From NCBI RefSeq assembly GCF_963676685.1, contig NC_092354.1, positions 37,882,001 through 37,946,000 of the forward strand: a stretch of DNA of 64,000 nt. Direction: 5' to 3'. Every line of letters starts with the position of its first letter. Position 1 is the first letter of the stretch. The notes under the pieces are model-generated. The model searched no databases. It was not told where the DNA came from and worked only from the letters and a program-made list of their open reading frames with translations. Of this stretch, positions 62,842-64,000 are shown piece by piece. Source of the stretch: Mytilus edulis (Eukaryota). The position numbers and the translations under genes are program-made.

Positions 62842-64000
62842 AATTTCCGTTTTTTTCTTGTTTATTGTTTCTTGTTTCTATGGTGTGGGCAGTTGGTCGA
62901 CCAATTTTTGATAAGACTATTGAACATTTTTAAACACAATGAAAGATTTATAAGAACTGTTCAAAAAATCAAGCTGTATGTTAAATTAATTAGGTTTATT
63001 CGTTTGTTTAACATTCAGTTGCATACAATACAATGTAGGTTTGATGTTGATATGATACTCACTAAATCATCCATTTCTGAAAATCAAAATTTTAATAAAA
63101 TGACATTTTCCGAATAATTTTATTTGCTTTTTTTTCAAAACAATTTGCAAACAAATAGATTAATATATTCTAGTGTAACAAAAGAAGAGTGAAAGATACA
63201 GAAGCGCTGTGCAATCTCAAAGGTCAAATACGAACTGTTACTGCCTTGGCGAAATGCTAAAAAAGACCAAAGGACCAACAATGTTATAGTCTACAAGACA
63301 CAATTTAGAAACCTAAACATGCTGAATAGTAATAAGGATATGTTGCTTGATTGCGCATGAGAAACCGTGAGAGGACTCACAGTTACTGGCAGTAAGTTAA
63401 TAGCCACTAACAACTATCAAAAATCCATGCATTTAAGACTTAATTATCACTCGGGACACATCCAATATCCAGTGAAATAATGGTAAAGACGGCATAAACA
63501 GTCAGATAAATAGAATAAGGTGTGCAACGGCAAGATGCAGTTATCGACAGATTGTAGATCGACGAATGTGTATTTGTATATAACAATGACATTTAGTTTG
63601 GTTTCAATTTAGTGATAACAAAATCAATAGTAATACGAATAAATATATATACATTAAAGTCATTGAAATCTCATTTGTTATACATCCCAGGCATACATAC
63701 TCTGAGTCAAATTTGGCACAAGCTTTTATTTTTTCTTTACAACTTACTCTTTTTATCAGACTATATGCATAAGTTTGTATTTCTTTTTAATTTAGGATCG
63801 GTTGAAAAGAAAACAAATCAGATTATTCTATTTGATGATTAGTTGTTTGGATTATGTTTAGTTGCAAATATTCCATCCGTGTTAAACGCAAGAATAAATT
63901 AAAAAGATAGTACAATATACTAGTATATGTCTTTCTTGAGAAGCTATCCAGAATAAAGATTGTCGAATTGGACTGCCTCTCGAAAATGAGGTTATATTTA

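Overview
AT-rich, repeat-dense eukaryotic DNA. The repeat families point to a bivalve, most likely a Mytilus mussel (inference, no search run). Only two coding regions look like intact host genes: a GIMAP/AIG1 GTPase ending in a CaaX box (52.4-53.6 kb, +) and a convergent LRAT/PLAAT-like NCEHF exon (59.6-60.1 kb, -). The most striking structure is at 6.4-11.2 kb: a tandem array of about 350-bp units, each with a type I hammerhead ribozyme on the minus strand. Four units also carry a predicted pseudoknot. The array is split at one site by a 3.2-kb, 5'-truncated Penelope-like (Naiad-type) retroelement in the same orientation with an intact RT ORF, so two ribozyme cleavage sites bracket a 3,569-nt RT-encoding RNA. 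The rest of the window holds about 14 copies or fragments of one ~420-bp SINE (six with target-site duplications), Helentron-associated tandem repeats, MITEs, and fragments of Kolobok, CACTA, BEL/Pao and non-LTR elements. Between 14 and 51.5 kb lie decayed ORFs (C2H2-like fingers, PHD, ParB-like, possible OB-fold) that may come from a large degenerate mobile element. All family assignments are by motif recognition only.
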